Both the position numbers and the translations under genes were made by a program. 64,000 nt of DNA from a virus: IMG/VR virus record IMGVR_UViG_3300017917_001112, positions 1 through 64,000 of that record; one strand, written 5' to 3'. The notes beneath the pieces are model-generated. The model did no database searches and had not been told where the DNA came from. It saw nothing but the letters and a program-made list of their open reading frames with translations. Positions 31,103-42,802 of the stretch are shown here, piece by piece (within the stretch, counting starts at the first letter, position 1; the number at the start of each line of letters is the position of its first letter).

Positions 31103-34020
31103 TGATTCTTTATACAGGTGTTGTTGAAAATAGAATTGATCCCGCTCGACTTGGACGTTGTCAAGTTCGAGTAGTAGGATTGCATTCAGAAAATAGAAAA
31201 GATTTACCAACAGAGTTGCTTCCTTGGGCATATCCAATGCAACCTGTAACTTCTGCTGCAATGAATGGAATTGGTTACACACCTCTTGGTCCTGTTGAGG
31301 GAACATGGGTTATTGTATTTTTCCGTGATGAGGAAAAACAACAACCAATTATGATGGGAACTATTGGTGGCATTCCACAGAATACAGAAATTAGTACAAA
31401 TTATTTGAATGATGGTGACGATTACTTAATCAAAACAGATGGTCAAGTAGAAACAGGTTCTAGTACTCCACAACAACAAACTGAGGGTGGTTCGAACAGC
31501 ACAACACCAACACAAGAAAATCAACAACAAACAACTGAACAAGCAATTGGTGTTTTAACTGATGGTGATTTAGAAAAATACAAAATTGCTGTCGCTAGAT
31601 TAGAAACAACTTCTGAACCTGGAGGTGCTTTAGAGTTTGGAACTAAAGGTGTTCTTGGTGCACAAAACTATGGTGCTGTAAATGCGCAAGGACGTGTTGG
31701 TAAATATCAAATGACTGGACCAGCATTAAACTCTCTTGGTTATGTTGGAAGAACATTAAACGCAAACGCAGAAACGGAGCCACCATCTAATCAAAAACTT
31801 GCTGATGATACAATTTGGCAAGGCAAAAGTGGATTAAAATCTGTTACAGAATTTCTTGGTAATGCTGAGATCCAAGAAAAAATTATGGAAGAGTGGACAC
31901 GTTTTAATTATAATGAATTAAAGCGTTACGGATTAATTGATGATAAAACTGATAAAAAGATAATTCTTGGTTATTTGCATGCATCTCACCCAGAAGGTGT
32001 TGCTCGTGCAAGAGCATTAAAATCAGGACAAGATGTTCAAGATGGATATGGTAATACAACAACTGAATTATACAAAAATGGATATGCTTCGCTAGAAGGA
32101 GATCCGCCAAAAACATTACCTCAAAATGTGCCAGCTGGTGTTGATGCAAATACTGTGCCGATTGGTGAAAAGAATCCTGATGGTACAGTTTCTAATGGTG
32201 GACCAGGAGTTCCACAGTTTGGTTTTAAAGATCCATTCAACAAATATCCATTAAAAGAATTATTAAACGAACCAGACACAAATCGTTTGGCTAGACATGA
32301 ACAAGTATCTAAAACAATTGTTGGTTTAAAAGATTCAACAAGAACTACAAAAGTTCCAGTGGCAATTACTAAAGCAACTTGGAACCAACCAGAATCGCCA
32401 TATAATGCAATTTATCCATACAATCATGTGTACCAATCAGAATCTGGACACGTGCAAGAATGGGACGACACACCAAACAATGAGCGAATTCACACTTATC
32501 ACACCAAAGGCACTTTTACTGAAGTAGATGCTAATGGCACACAAGTAAATCGTATTGTTGGAGATGGCTATTATGTTGTTGATAGAAATGGATATTTGTA
32601 CATTAAAGGCGCATATAATCTAACAGTTGATGGATCTACTAATGTTTTCTTTAGAAGTGATGCTAACATTGAAGTAACAGGCGATGCTAAAATCTATGCT
32701 AAGAACAACGTAGATATGCGTGTTTCTGGAAAAATGGATTTGTCCGTTTTAGAAGATTTAAACATCAGATGTAAAAATTTCAATTTAGAAACTGTTGAAT
32801 CTGCTAATGTAAATACTACTACAACATTAAATTTATTGTCTAAACAAGATACGAATATCGTATCTAAACAAAATTTATTTTTAACAACTACACAAAACAC
32901 AAATATCAAAGCCAAAGGTAACTTGTTTTTGACTAGTAACCTTTCGACAAACTTTAAAGTTAAAAGTATTCTTAACATAACAGCAGACAAAAACATAAAC
33001 ATGCGTTCAGAAGACGACATGAACATTGCTTGTTTCTCTATTTTAAATATTCGTGGCTCTGCTGTTGCGACACGTGCTAATCAGCGTTTTGATATTAGTT
33101 CTGGTACAAATGTGAATATTGTTGGTTCTGGTAGAATTGGTTTAAACTCTGGTGGACTTGGCGCATTACCACCACAGAGTATTACTACTGCTTCTGAAGC
33201 AACTGATGCTACTGAAGTAGATGTTACAGATTTAGAAGAAGCAGAAGCAAGAGAAACTCCAGTAAATTCTAAGTTTGAGCACTTAGCATTACCACCAAGA
33301 GGTGCTTCTGCAGCAACACAATTCGAGGCTCCAGAAGATGGCGATCCAACTGCATTCGTAGAAGGAAAAAGACAGAGAGGTGATATGCCACCAACAGACC
33401 AAAAACCAAAAGAAGTTGAGGGTTCACCAAAACCACAAGGAATACCACCAGAGGGTAAAGCTGTAACTTGTGAAGCATTTAAAGATATGACAGAATTCCC
33501 ACTGAATACTAAATTGTCAGACAATTTCTATCTTGGCGACTTCGTTCCAGGTGGTGGTAAAGGATACATCAATGGCGCAACTTTACCGCATAAATTACAA
33601 GACCAAGCAGGTTTAACTAAAGCGCAAATTATATGTAATTTAAAAGCATTGGCACAAAATACTATGGAAGCAATTATTAAAATTGTTCCGAAATCAGACA
33701 TAATTATCACTTCTGGTTATCGACAACTTGGTTTACTTGGTGTTGAAAGCGCAACATCACAGCATCCAAGAGGTATGGCTTGCGATATTGTATTAAGAAA
33801 ATCAGCAACTGATCGTAAAAAACATCATGATTTGATACAAGAAATTGCTGCTAAAGTTCCACACGATCAGTTAATTTTAGAATATCAGGATCCAAATGTA
33901 GTATGGATTCATGTATCATACAATGGACAGGGCAATCAAAGAAAACAAGATTTTACTATGAACAATCACAAGACTTATGCTGGAACATATCCAAATGGTG
34001 GTCATAAACTAATCGTATAA
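31102..34020 (+). CDS. gp5: baseplate central spike gp5 with a lysozyme-like domain and C-terminal peptidase M15
   Basis: OB-fold GVVENRIDP.RLGRCQVR; YPYNHV..SESGH..EWDDTP; GKYQM; SGYR...SQHPRGMACDI...WIHVS. Confidence 0.92.
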   Translation: MILYTGVVENRIDPARLGRCQVRVVGLHSENRKDLPTELLPWAYPMQPVTSAAMNGIGYTPLGPVEGTWVIVFFRDEEKQQPIMMGTIGGIPQNTEISTNYLNDGDDYLIKTDGQVETGSSTPQQQTEGGSNSTTPTQENQQQTTEQAIGVLTDGDLEKYKIAVARLETTSEPGGALEFGTKGVLGAQNYGAVNAQGRVGKYQMTGPALNSLGYVGRTLNANAETEPPSNQKLADDTIWQGKSGLKSVTEFLGNAEIQEKIMEEWTRFNYNELKRYGLIDDKTDKKIILGYLHASHPEGVARARALKSGQDVQDGYGNTTTELYKNGYASLEGDPPKTLPQNVPAGVDANTVPIGEKNPDGTVSNGGPGVPQFGFKDPFNKYPLKELLNEPDTNRLARHEQVSKTIVGLKDSTRTTKVPVAITKATWNQPESPYNAIYPYNHVYQSESGHVQEWDDTPNNERIHTYHTKGTFTEVDANGTQVNRIVGDGYYVVDRNGYLYIKGAYNLTVDGSTNVFFRSDANIEVTGDAKIYAKNNVDMRVSGKMDLSVLEDLNIRCKNFNLETVESANVNTTTTLNLLSKQDTNIVSKQNLFLTTTQNTNIKAKGNLFLTSNLSTNFKVKSILNITADKNINMRSEDDMNIACFSILNIRGSAVATRANQRFDISSGTNVNIVGSGRIGLNSGGLGALPPQSITTASEATDATEVDVTDLEEAEARETPVNSKFEHLALPPRGASAATQFEAPEDGDPTAFVEGKRQRGDMPPTDQKPKEVEGSPKPQGIPPEGKAVTCEAFKDMTEFPLNTKLSDNFYLGDFVPGGGKGYINGATLPHKLQDQAGLTKAQIICNLKALAQNTMEAIIKIVPKSDIIITSGYRQLGLLGVESATSQHPRGMACDIVLRKSATDRKKHHDLIQEIAAKVPHDQLILEYQDPNVVWIHVSYNGQGNQRKQDFTMNNHKTYAGTYPNGGHKLIV

Positions 34021-34023
34021 TAT

Positions 34024-34293
34024 ATGGCAAAAGTAGCATTACAAGGAATCTCGACAGTTGGTGCAGGTGTTCTACTTGGGAACATTAGCGCAGGTGTATT
34101 TGTAAATGATAGAATACCAGGAGTCGTTGGAACAAGAGCTGCTTCTCATGGTAGAGCACCACATAATGCGTCAGTAATAACTCAAGGAAATCCTCGTGTT
34201 TTTGTTGGAAATATTCCTCTGTCTTTTGAGGGTGCTGCAACAAGTTGTGGTGATCCAGTAACGAATGGGTCTGCAGATGTTACTGTTGGATAA
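34024..34293 (+). CDS. PAAR-type spike tip (gp5.4-like)
   Basis: VFVN...H...H...VFVGN...SCGD....GS.DV.VG. Confidence 0.85.
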   Translation: MAKVALQGISTVGAGVLLGNISAGVFVNDRIPGVVGTRAASHGRAPHNASVITQGNPRVFVGNIPLSFEGAATSCGDPVTNGSADVTVG

Positions 34294-34299
34294 AAATCA

Positions 34300-34629
34300 A
34301 TGTCAATTAAAGAACTTGATGATCAAAAGAAAAACTTTGTTAAAACATATACCGCAAGGGAGTTGTTTGACTTAGTATTTACAGACTATAAAAATGCACC
34401 ATCCGAGTTGGCTAAGATTCCAAACTTAGAAAATTTGGCTAAACAAAGAGTTTCCCAGTTGGTAAATGCAACTGGTATTCCTCCCAAAGTTATTGAAGAC
34501 TTTTTTGAAATTGTTCAGGAAGTTAAAATTGAAGCAGTAATTATTCAGGAAGAAGCAGCAGCTACTGCTGCAGCAGCAGAAGCAGCAGCATCAAGTTCTG
34601 GTGGTGACTCAGGTGGTGGTGGTGGATAA
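34300..34629 (+). CDS. hypothetical protein
   Basis: ORF in operon; Ala/Gly-rich tail. Confidence 0.6.
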   Translation: MSIKELDDQKKNFVKTYTARELFDLVFTDYKNAPSELAKIPNLENLAKQRVSQLVNATGIPPKVIEDFFEIVQEVKIEAVIIQEEAAATAAAAEAAASSSGGDSGGGGG

Positions 34630-34646
34630 ACGAATAAATAACAAAT

Positions 34647-35048
34647 ATGGCTACAATTAACAGAACAACTCAAATATTTAGAGATTTCGATCTCGCATTT
34701 GCAGCGCACCCAAACACTAAAGATTTAGCAGTAAAGCGCAATCAAGATGCAGTTAAGCAGTCTCTTAAAAACTTAATTCAAACTCAATATTTTGAGAGAC
34801 CATTTCACAGTGAAATTGGTTCTCCTGTTAGAGCACTATTATTTGAGTTGGCAACACCACTAACAACCAACGCAATTAGACGTGGAATTATCGATGTTAT
34901 TTCTAACTTTGAACCGAGAGTTCGTCTCGAAGATGTTCAAGTTCTTATGAGAGATGAAACTAATGAATGTGACATTTCAATCACTTATTCTGTTGTTGGT
35001 TTACAAACTTTAGAACAACTTGACATAACATTAGAGAGAACAAGATAA
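34647..35048 (+). CDS. gp25: baseplate wedge subunit gp25
   Basis: DFDLAF..HP, AVKQSLKNLI.T..FERPF, NFEPRV. Confidence 0.95.
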   Translation: MATINRTTQIFRDFDLAFAAHPNTKDLAVKRNQDAVKQSLKNLIQTQYFERPFHSEIGSPVRALLFELATPLTTNAIRRGIIDVISNFEPRVRLEDVQVLMRDETNECDISITYSVVGLQTLEQLDITLERTR

Positions 35049-35049
35049 A

Positions 35050-36816
35050 ATGGCTGACTCAACAAAACTTAGAGTAACAGAATTAGACTTCGATGCAATT
35101 AAAAATAATCTTAAAGATTATTTACAATCACAAACAGAATTTACTGATTATGATTTCGAAGGCTCTGCCCTATCAAATCTTTTAGATTTACTTGCATATA
35201 ACACACACTATAATGCTGTATATGCAAACTTTGTTGCCAACGAAATGTTTTTGGATACAGCATCAAAAAGATCTTCTGTTGTATCATTGGCAAAACATTT
35301 TGGTTATACACCAAGATCTATTCGTTCTCCAAAAGCAAGGATTAATTTATCTGTTGTAACAACAGGAGCACCACAGTCTTTATTATTACCAATCAACACT
35401 CCATTCGTAACGACTATTGATGGGATTGACTATACTTTTTATAATCGTAGTAATATTATTGTATCTCCCACATCAACAAATAATTTTACATTTTCTAATA
35501 TAGAAATTGTTGAGGGAACACCATTGTCATATAGATTTACTGTAGCGAATGGACAAAAAACTTTTATTTTACCAAACCTAAACATAGATACAACAACATT
35601 AACAGTTGAAGTGCAAAACAGCATTTCTGATGCAACAAGAACAACATACTCATTAGCTGAGGATATTGTTGCTGTATCTTCAACAGATACTATGTATTTT
35701 CTAGAAGAAACACGTGATGGTTTCTATCAGATGGTATTTGGTGACGACAATATTGGTAAAGCATTGGCTGATGGTAATATAATAAATGTTACATATTTAA
35801 TTTCAAATGGAAAAAAATCAAATAACGCTACTTCATTTACGCTTGGTAGTTCTGCTGGTTTTACTATCTCATCAGCAACAATAACACTTGCGCAAAAAGC
35901 TGCTGGTGGTAAAGATGCAGAAACAGTTGATTCTATTCGTTATAATGCTTCAAGATTTTTCACATCACAAAATCGTGCTGTTACTGCTGAGGATTATAAA
36001 AATATTATTTTAGCAGAATATTCAGACATTGATGCAATTTCGGCATGGGGTGGTGATGAAAATGATCCACCAATTTACGGAAAAGTTTTCATTAGTGCTA
36101 AACCAACAAATGGAACAACTCTATCTAATGAACTAAAAACAGAATTGGGAAGAATTTTACAAAAGAAAAATGTTGTTGGTATTACACCAGAGTTTGTTGA
36201 TCCAGAAATTTTATATCTAACAGTAGATACAAAATATTATTTTGATCCATCCAAATCAACACAACAAGAATCAACAATTACAGCAAATATAATTTCTGCA
36301 ATTAAACAATACAGAGATGCATATTTGGACAATTTTGATTCTATTTTTAGAAGAAGTAAATTCAGCAGAGCTGTTGATTACACAAACAAAGCAATTTTAA
36401 ACAGCAACACAGATATTAAGTTGTTTAAAATTTTAAAAGTAAATACAGAAAATCCAGTAAATTATACAATAAATTTTGTTAATCCAATCAAAAACATAAC
36501 AAGCACTGCGTTTAGATTGTTTAATGATTCAGAATTGTATTACATAGAAGATGATGGAATCGGTAATATTAGAAGATTTCATTACAGCAATAATCAAAAA
36601 ATTTTTGATTCACTAACATTTGGTACGATTAATTATGAATTAGGAACAATTAAAATTCCTACTGTTGCTATTTCATTATTAACAGATAATTGTAAAATTT
36701 TCGCTGAACCAAAACTGCAAGATGTGGTGTCATTAAGAAATCAAATTATTACAATTTTAGACTCTGACATTATTGTCGAAGGCATCGCTGATACAAGAAA
36801 ACCATTGGTACGATAA
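35050..36816 (+). CDS. gp6: baseplate wedge subunit gp6
   Basis: LDFDAIKNNL, FTDYDFEGS, LAYNTHYNA, QNRAVTAEDY, WGGDENDPP.YGKV. Confidence 0.95.
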   Translation: MADSTKLRVTELDFDAIKNNLKDYLQSQTEFTDYDFEGSALSNLLDLLAYNTHYNAVYANFVANEMFLDTASKRSSVVSLAKHFGYTPRSIRSPKARINLSVVTTGAPQSLLLPINTPFVTTIDGIDYTFYNRSNIIVSPTSTNNFTFSNIEIVEGTPLSYRFTVANGQKTFILPNLNIDTTTLTVEVQNSISDATRTTYSLAEDIVAVSSTDTMYFLEETRDGFYQMVFGDDNIGKALADGNIINVTYLISNGKKSNNATSFTLGSSAGFTISSATITLAQKAAGGKDAETVDSIRYNASRFFTSQNRAVTAEDYKNIILAEYSDIDAISAWGGDENDPPIYGKVFISAKPTNGTTLSNELKTELGRILQKKNVVGITPEFVDPEILYLTVDTKYYFDPSKSTQQESTITANIISAIKQYRDAYLDNFDSIFRRSKFSRAVDYTNKAILNSNTDIKLFKILKVNTENPVNYTINFVNPIKNITSTAFRLFNDSELYYIEDDGIGNIRRFHYSNNQKIFDSLTFGTINYELGTIKIPTVAISLLTDNCKIFAEPKLQDVVSLRNQIITILDSDIIVEGIADTRKPLVR

Positions 36817-39800
36817 ATGACTATCGCTAAAGTAAATCCATCAGTAGTTGTTGATTATCAAGCACCTGAGTTTATTCGCTCAGATTATGCTAAGTTTATC
36901 ACATTCTTACAAAAATATTATCAATACTTAGAACAATCTGATAAAGCACTTGGTGTTATTAGAAATCTAGAAACATATAATGACATCGATGAACAAGACG
37001 ATGATGATATTGTTACTACATTTTATACATTGTTTTTACCAGACTTTCCTCAAGTATTAAAAGCAGATAAGAAATTTGTTCTTAAAAACATTGTTGAGTT
37101 TTACAACTCAAAGGGTTCTATTGACTCGGTTAAATCTTTCTTTAGAATTTTATATGGTGAAGAAATAGAAGTATATCTACCAAAAGTAGATGTATTAAAA
37201 TTAAATGCTGGTATTTGGACAAAAGTATTTAAAATTAAGATATACAATCTTTCTTCTGGAACAATAGACAAACTTTTAAATTCTGAAATTTATCAGATCG
37301 ATTCAGTAAATGGAAACATTACTGTAAGAGCAAGAGTAGTTGATTATGATCCACTTGATAGCGTTCTGTATTTAACTGCTGACAATGTAATTTTAAATTT
37401 CTCATCATCTTCTGTTGTTTATGCTATAAACAGCGAAGGAACTTCCGTAACATTTAATTTAAGAACACAACTATCAGAAACATCAATAACATATACAGGT
37501 CTTGGTTATATTCCAGGCGATGATGCAATTCTGTCAACTTCAGTTTCTAATACTGAGGATATTAAAGTTGATGGTATTTCCGCTGGCTATGTTCAAGATA
37601 TAGTTTTAGAAAATGCAGGTGACAATTATTCTATTTTTGATACTATTTCTTTTGGCACATTAAATGCTGGCGATAGAGCAGCTACTGCTAAAATTGCTAG
37701 AACAATTAACAAAGATGTTGTTTCCGAAATAGGTGATGTTAATTGGGTAGATTCAGAAGATAGAATTGTGTATGAAGATGGATTTGAATTGAGACAAGAG
37801 ATGGGCAATTTTGGTTCAGAAATCTCAACACCAAATTTAAAACTTTCTGACGAAACTACAACAAATATAAACACAGGATCAATATCTTCTTCTGAATTTG
37901 GATTTTTGTTAGAGCAACAGGGCGATGAAGTTATAACTTATTCAAGAGCATCATACACATATAATCAGGGATTATTCAGAGCAATTATTCCAAGAATTGG
38001 TTCTACATCAAACTATTCAATCAATTGGGCAAGAAATGAAGGCATTGCTGTTGAGTTGATTGATGAGGAACTTTGGGTTGGTACAAATCAATGCACAACA
38101 GGAACACCATCTTGTCCAGGAACTGTTATTATTGAGTTTGATACAGAGACAGATTATAACGCATTAGACAGAATTGAAGCAACAAATAGATCTACAGTAA
38201 ATGCACCAATTGTATCAACTCTAACTTCAAAATCAACAGACACAAAAATTTTAGATCAAAAAATTGGTGGTCTTTCAGAAACACAACAAATTGGTGTATA
38301 TAAATTCGGACAAGAAACACTTTCTCCATTATACCCATTTTCTGAATCAGATATTGTTAGAGACAGACCTATTGTTTACATTCGTGAAAGAAACACATTA
38401 TATGGTCATGACTTAAACACAACAAGACCATGGGAATATAAATTTATTTTTAAAAAGAACATAAAGGTTAATCTTAAAATTTTTATAATGCCAGTGCAAT
38501 ATGACATAAGAGCAATACAAATTTTAGATGAAGATGGCAGTGATTATATTTCTGAAACAAGTTCCAATGATACTTTTATTTTAGAAAACTCGGAACAAAC
38601 AATTAATGTAAAAAACTTTGATCCTCTAACAGATGTTTCCTCAAATCAAATAACAATTGCAAATCATCCATATAAACAAGGAGAAATTGTTCGTTTTAAT
38701 ACGACAGAGGGTTCTAGTATTATGGGTGGTGCAACCGATGGCGAATTATTTTATGCGCATATTGTTAATGCAAATACAATTAAACTTATTCCATATGGTA
38801 GAGAAAATTTACATTATCAATTATTCAGAACAATTACGCCAGCAGCAAGTTCTGGTGTAAATACAATTTGTTCTTTTGTTGGAGCGCATGTTACTAATGG
38901 TGTTGATTATACATCAAATGATGTTGAACAATCTGCCATTTCAATTTATGCAAGAAAGCGTTCATGTGGATCAAGAGATCTAGATCTAAAATATAATTTA
39001 GATCCAAACATCCCAGTAGATTCTGTTACCAATTTAAAAACAACATATCCATATACTGTTGATAATAAAGTTTATCTTTATCAGTCTATTAATGAAAATG
39101 TTGACTACATTATTTTAGAACGTGCAGATTTTGCAACTAGTGACCAAGTAAATTTAGAATTTGAAATTGATAAAAGAAGCGACAATGAAGCAGAAGGTTA
39201 TGTTACATATCCATATCTTGCTATGGAAACTTCTTCCACAGCAATTGTTCCTCACAATGATGAAATTGAAATTCCAGATTTTAATTCTGTTCGTGTTATG
39301 ATTGAGCGTAAATCTTTACAATCAGTAGATGACATTAATCGTGGTGAGCAAAGATTATTTAAATCATGGGATGACTATGCAGAAATAAGCCCAGCTCAAG
39401 AATTGTTTCATGTTGCACAACCAGTTTACAATGATGAATATGGTGAAACTCCATATTTAACAGTAGCATATCCAACAAATACATCAGATTATGTTTCTGG
39501 TCCATCCGAATTTTCAAATATTGGATCAACCGTAATGATCGCTTCATCTAAAAATAACTCAGTATATTTTACAGATGGTACTGGTGTTGGATCTTTCAAA
39601 TTTGCAGCAGAGTTCGAAGAACAAAGAAGAATTAGTATTATTGAACAAGAATATTACGACAATGTGCCATCATTAGTTACATCGGAAAATGGTCCACTGG
39701 GACAAACTTCTTCTAGTTCTGGCGCATATAAATCTAATGCGAAAAGATATTTTACTATTGGATTTTCATTGCCAGAAGAGTTAAATGTTTATTTTGATTT

Positions 39801-42800
39801 ACCCTTTGAAGTAAATTTAAGAAATATTATCGACAGTTTACCTCATACTACATCTACAATTAAACGTGATACTAGAGAATATATTTCTACTGAAGATACA
39901 GCGTTTAGAGGAGAGTCTGTTTACCTTGCGGAAGATGGAGAATATTTGGCATATGAAATAAATGATGATGGTTTTAATTCACTTGCTGAAGGCAATCTAT
40001 CAATTTTAGAACCAACTATAATGATTGAATTCTTTTCTCCTTCTCTACCATCAACAGATCCAAAAAAACATGTTGTGTATTATGGAAATAAAGCTGAGTA
40101 TACTAAAATATCAAGCGATGTGCAAAGAACAACATATCAATTTTTAAATTGTTGGTCACCAAATTCAATAGTAGTTCCAGACACAACAATTAGAGATTAT
40201 ACTGTATCAATTAGATCATTACATAAAACAGATACTATTATTGAAAAACTTTCTGATAATAGAATGTTAGTAGTAGATCCATCTACGTCAGTTCTTAATG
40301 GTGCATATGTTTCCCCATTCGTTAGAGATTTATATATTCGCAAGGGCGAAAACGATTACGGCAAATACATTAAGTTTTACTCAAATCAAACTGATGCAAT
40401 AGCAGACACAAATTCAATTGTTCCTTTCTCTTTAGGAACAAGTTTTGGTTCTAATTTTGATGGAAATGAATTGTTTTATAATCCTATTGTTTCTGGAAAT
40501 ACTGTTGCTTCAGCAGTAAGTAATCCTGTAAACAAATCATTCAATGGTATGACCACTGAGAATAATATTTCAATATCAAGATATTTTGATCCAGCATCAG
40601 ATGTTACAACAGGAACACCTGGAAGTATTACTATTCAAAATCATGGTTTTGCTGATGGTTCATGGGTAAGATTTAGAGCAGATTTTAATGGGACAACACC
40701 AACAGGATTAACTGATGATACAACATATTATATTAAAGTTATAAATTCTAACACAATTAGATTAGCAACATCCAAAGATAATTATAATTCTTCTACATTT
40801 GTGAACATAACTGCATTTGGTTCAACTGGTAAAACTTGTTCTCTTCAAACAATACCACAGTCTTTCACATATAATTCAATCAAAGAAAATTCATTTGATA
40901 CAAGAAAATATATTGACAATGTACAAATTATTTCAGTTGATACAGTATCAGGTATTTTAACAACAGCCTCAAATCATACATTGAGAAGTTTAAGCACTTT
41001 AGTTTACAATACATCAGGAACTCCAATAGGTGGATTAGTTGCTGGTAAAACTTATTATGCAATATTTGTTACCGAAACTCAATTGAGATTAGCAGAATCT
41101 AAGAATGATGCTCTTCTTTCAATTTATGTACCAGTAACATCTGCTGGAACAGGAACACATGTTATTGAAATTGATGGTTCTAATGGTAACATGCTTGCTA
41201 ATTCAGCTACAAAAGAGCAGTTCTTCTATACACCAAACTACAAAAATTATTTTAAAAATGGTGATGAAGTAGAATTTAGACAACAAAGAGTATTAAGTCC
41301 AGGAATTGTTTCTGGGCAAACTATGTATGTTAAAGATTCAATAAGCACAGGATCTCAAGAACATTTTACGCTAACTACAAATTCTAATGGAACAACAATA
41401 AACTTTGGAACTGCAACAACAAATGCTGCAGGTGTTAACACCTCAACTGATATAATCACTGCATCAAATCATGGTTTCTACACTGGCGAAGAATTGACAT
41501 ACTCAAGCAGCGGAACTTCTATTCAAACTGCTAGTGGCAATTTACCATCAACTGTTTATGTTATTCGTTTAAGCGCATCAACATTTAAAGTTGCCTCTAG
41601 TTCTGAAAATTCATTGGTTGGAACTCCGATTAATCTTACAGGAGCAGGTAGTGGTACACATTATTTTTATAGAACAAACATAACAACTGCTTCAGAAATC
41701 GCTGAGGTAATTCCTCTGTCAACTAGATCGAATGTTAATATGGCATTGAATCCCTCAACTACAGGTACTGGTTATGAAGAGTTTACAATTATGTTTTCAG
41801 ATTCTCTACAAACAGAAACAGGTGTTATTGACAACATCGTATTAACATCTCCTGGATCTTACAAAAGAATACCAGAAATGTCGATTGATGTTGGTCCAAG
41901 AAATGGATCTGGTGCAGTTTTGTATCCAATCATCAAAGACATTGGAAAATTAAGATCTCTAGAAATTTTGGATGGTGGTTTACATTCTACAAATAGAACT
42001 CTATTATTACCAGCCACATTTATTGGAACAACAGCAACTGGAACATTTACTATTGGTGAAACAGTTAAAGTTGGATTGACCGAAGTTGGAACATTGGTTT
42101 CAGTAATTGGAAGATATTATAAAGTTAAACCAAATGGTGGTGCCACAATAATTACATTTGGTGATACAATTACAGGAGTAACATCTGGAGCAACTGTTGT
42201 TGTTGGAAGAAATTATACAATTACTGCTGTAACTATTTCTTCTGCAGCAGCATTTACTACTAGCGAAAAACACTACATTGCAAGAGGCGATAAAGTTAAA
42301 ATATCTGGTTTAGCCACTCAAGGTGTCGCGAATGGAATATACTATGCTTCGCCAATTAATGATACACAATTTAGATTATACACCGATTCTTCACTATCTA
42401 CAATCGTCGGAACAAACGCACCAGCATATGTAAGTGGTGGTTCAATTATTGTTGGTCTTTACATAGCAGATGCAATTGCATCTCCTGGATCAATTACGTC
42501 ATCAACAGCCAACGGATCGACTGTCAATTACGAGGGCGATAAACAGTTGCTTAACACAACAATGAAACTGCAGGATTCATACTATTATCAAGATTATTCA
42601 TATGTTGTAAGAGGTTCTAATACATTCGATAACTGGAAACCATATTTTAACAGATTGGTTCATCCAGCAGGCATGGCTGTATTTGGAGAGGTTGATTACT
42701 TTATGACAAGTAAAGCCAATGAAAAACTAGGTAATACAGAGGTTACTGGAAGTTCAATAAATAATACAAGCACTGCAATCATAACAGAGATGACTACATA

Positions 42801-42801
42801 A
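36817..42801 (+). CDS. gp7: baseplate wedge initiator gp7-like (1994 aa)
   Basis: N-terminal PEFIRSDY.KFITFL..YY, FYNSKGS..S...FFRILYG; C-terminal LQDSYYYQDYSY...LVHPAG. Confidence 0.85.
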   Translation: MTIAKVNPSVVVDYQAPEFIRSDYAKFITFLQKYYQYLEQSDKALGVIRNLETYNDIDEQDDDDIVTTFYTLFLPDFPQVLKADKKFVLKNIVEFYNSKGSIDSVKSFFRILYGEEIEVYLPKVDVLKLNAGIWTKVFKIKIYNLSSGTIDKLLNSEIYQIDSVNGNITVRARVVDYDPLDSVLYLTADNVILNFSSSSVVYAINSEGTSVTFNLRTQLSETSITYTGLGYIPGDDAILSTSVSNTEDIKVDGISAGYVQDIVLENAGDNYSIFDTISFGTLNAGDRAATAKIARTINKDVVSEIGDVNWVDSEDRIVYEDGFELRQEMGNFGSEISTPNLKLSDETTTNINTGSISSSEFGFLLEQQGDEVITYSRASYTYNQGLFRAIIPRIGSTSNYSINWARNEGIAVELIDEELWVGTNQCTTGTPSCPGTVIIEFDTETDYNALDRIEATNRSTVNAPIVSTLTSKSTDTKILDQKIGGLSETQQIGVYKFGQETLSPLYPFSESDIVRDRPIVYIRERNTLYGHDLNTTRPWEYKFIFKKNIKVNLKIFIMPVQYDIRAIQILDEDGSDYISETSSNDTFILENSEQTINVKNFDPLTDVSSNQITIANHPYKQGEIVRFNTTEGSSIMGGATDGELFYAHIVNANTIKLIPYGRENLHYQLFRTITPAASSGVNTICSFVGAHVTNGVDYTSNDVEQSAISIYARKRSCGSRDLDLKYNLDPNIPVDSVTNLKTTYPYTVDNKVYLYQSINENVDYIILERADFATSDQVNLEFEIDKRSDNEAEGYVTYPYLAMETSSTAIVPHNDEIEIPDFNSVRVMIERKSLQSVDDINRGEQRLFKSWDDYAEISPAQELFHVAQPVYNDEYGETPYLTVAYPTNTSDYVSGPSEFSNIGSTVMIASSKNNSVYFTDGTGVGSFKFAAEFEEQRRISIIEQEYYDNVPSLVTSENGPLGQTSSSSGAYKSNAKRYFTIGFSLPEELNVYFDLPFEVNLRNIIDSLPHTTSTIKRDTREYISTEDTAFRGESVYLAEDGEYLAYEINDDGFNSLAEGNLSILEPTIMIEFFSPSLPSTDPKKHVVYYGNKAEYTKISSDVQRTTYQFLNCWSPNSIVVPDTTIRDYTVSIRSLHKTDTIIEKLSDNRMLVVDPSTSVLNGAYVSPFVRDLYIRKGENDYGKYIKFYSNQTDAIADTNSIVPFSLGTSFGSNFDGNELFYNPIVSGNTVASAVSNPVNKSFNGMTTENNISISRYFDPASDVTTGTPGSITIQNHGFADGSWVRFRADFNGTTPTGLTDDTTYYIKVINSNTIRLATSKDNYNSSTFVNITAFGSTGKTCSLQTIPQSFTYNSIKENSFDTRKYIDNVQIISVDTVSGILTTASNHTLRSLSTLVYNTSGTPIGGLVAGKTYYAIFVTETQLRLAESKNDALLSIYVPVTSAGTGTHVIEIDGSNGNMLANSATKEQFFYTPNYKNYFKNGDEVEFRQQRVLSPGIVSGQTMYVKDSISTGSQEHFTLTTNSNGTTINFGTATTNAAGVNTSTDIITASNHGFYTGEELTYSSSGTSIQTASGNLPSTVYVIRLSASTFKVASSSENSLVGTPINLTGAGSGTHYFYRTNITTASEIAEVIPLSTRSNVNMALNPSTTGTGYEEFTIMFSDSLQTETGVIDNIVLTSPGSYKRIPEMSIDVGPRNGSGAVLYPIIKDIGKLRSLEILDGGLHSTNRTLLLPATFIGTTATGTFTIGETVKVGLTEVGTLVSVIGRYYKVKPNGGATIITFGDTITGVTSGATVVVGRNYTITAVTISSAAAFTTSEKHYIARGDKVKISGLATQGVANGIYYASPINDTQFRLYTDSSLSTIVGTNAPAYVSGGSIIVGLYIADAIASPGSITSSTANGSTVNYEGDKQLLNTTMKLQDSYYYQDYSYVVRGSNTFDNWKPYFNRLVHPAGMAVFGEVDYFMTSKANEKLGNTEVTGSSINNTSTAIITEMTT

Positions 42802-42802
42802 A

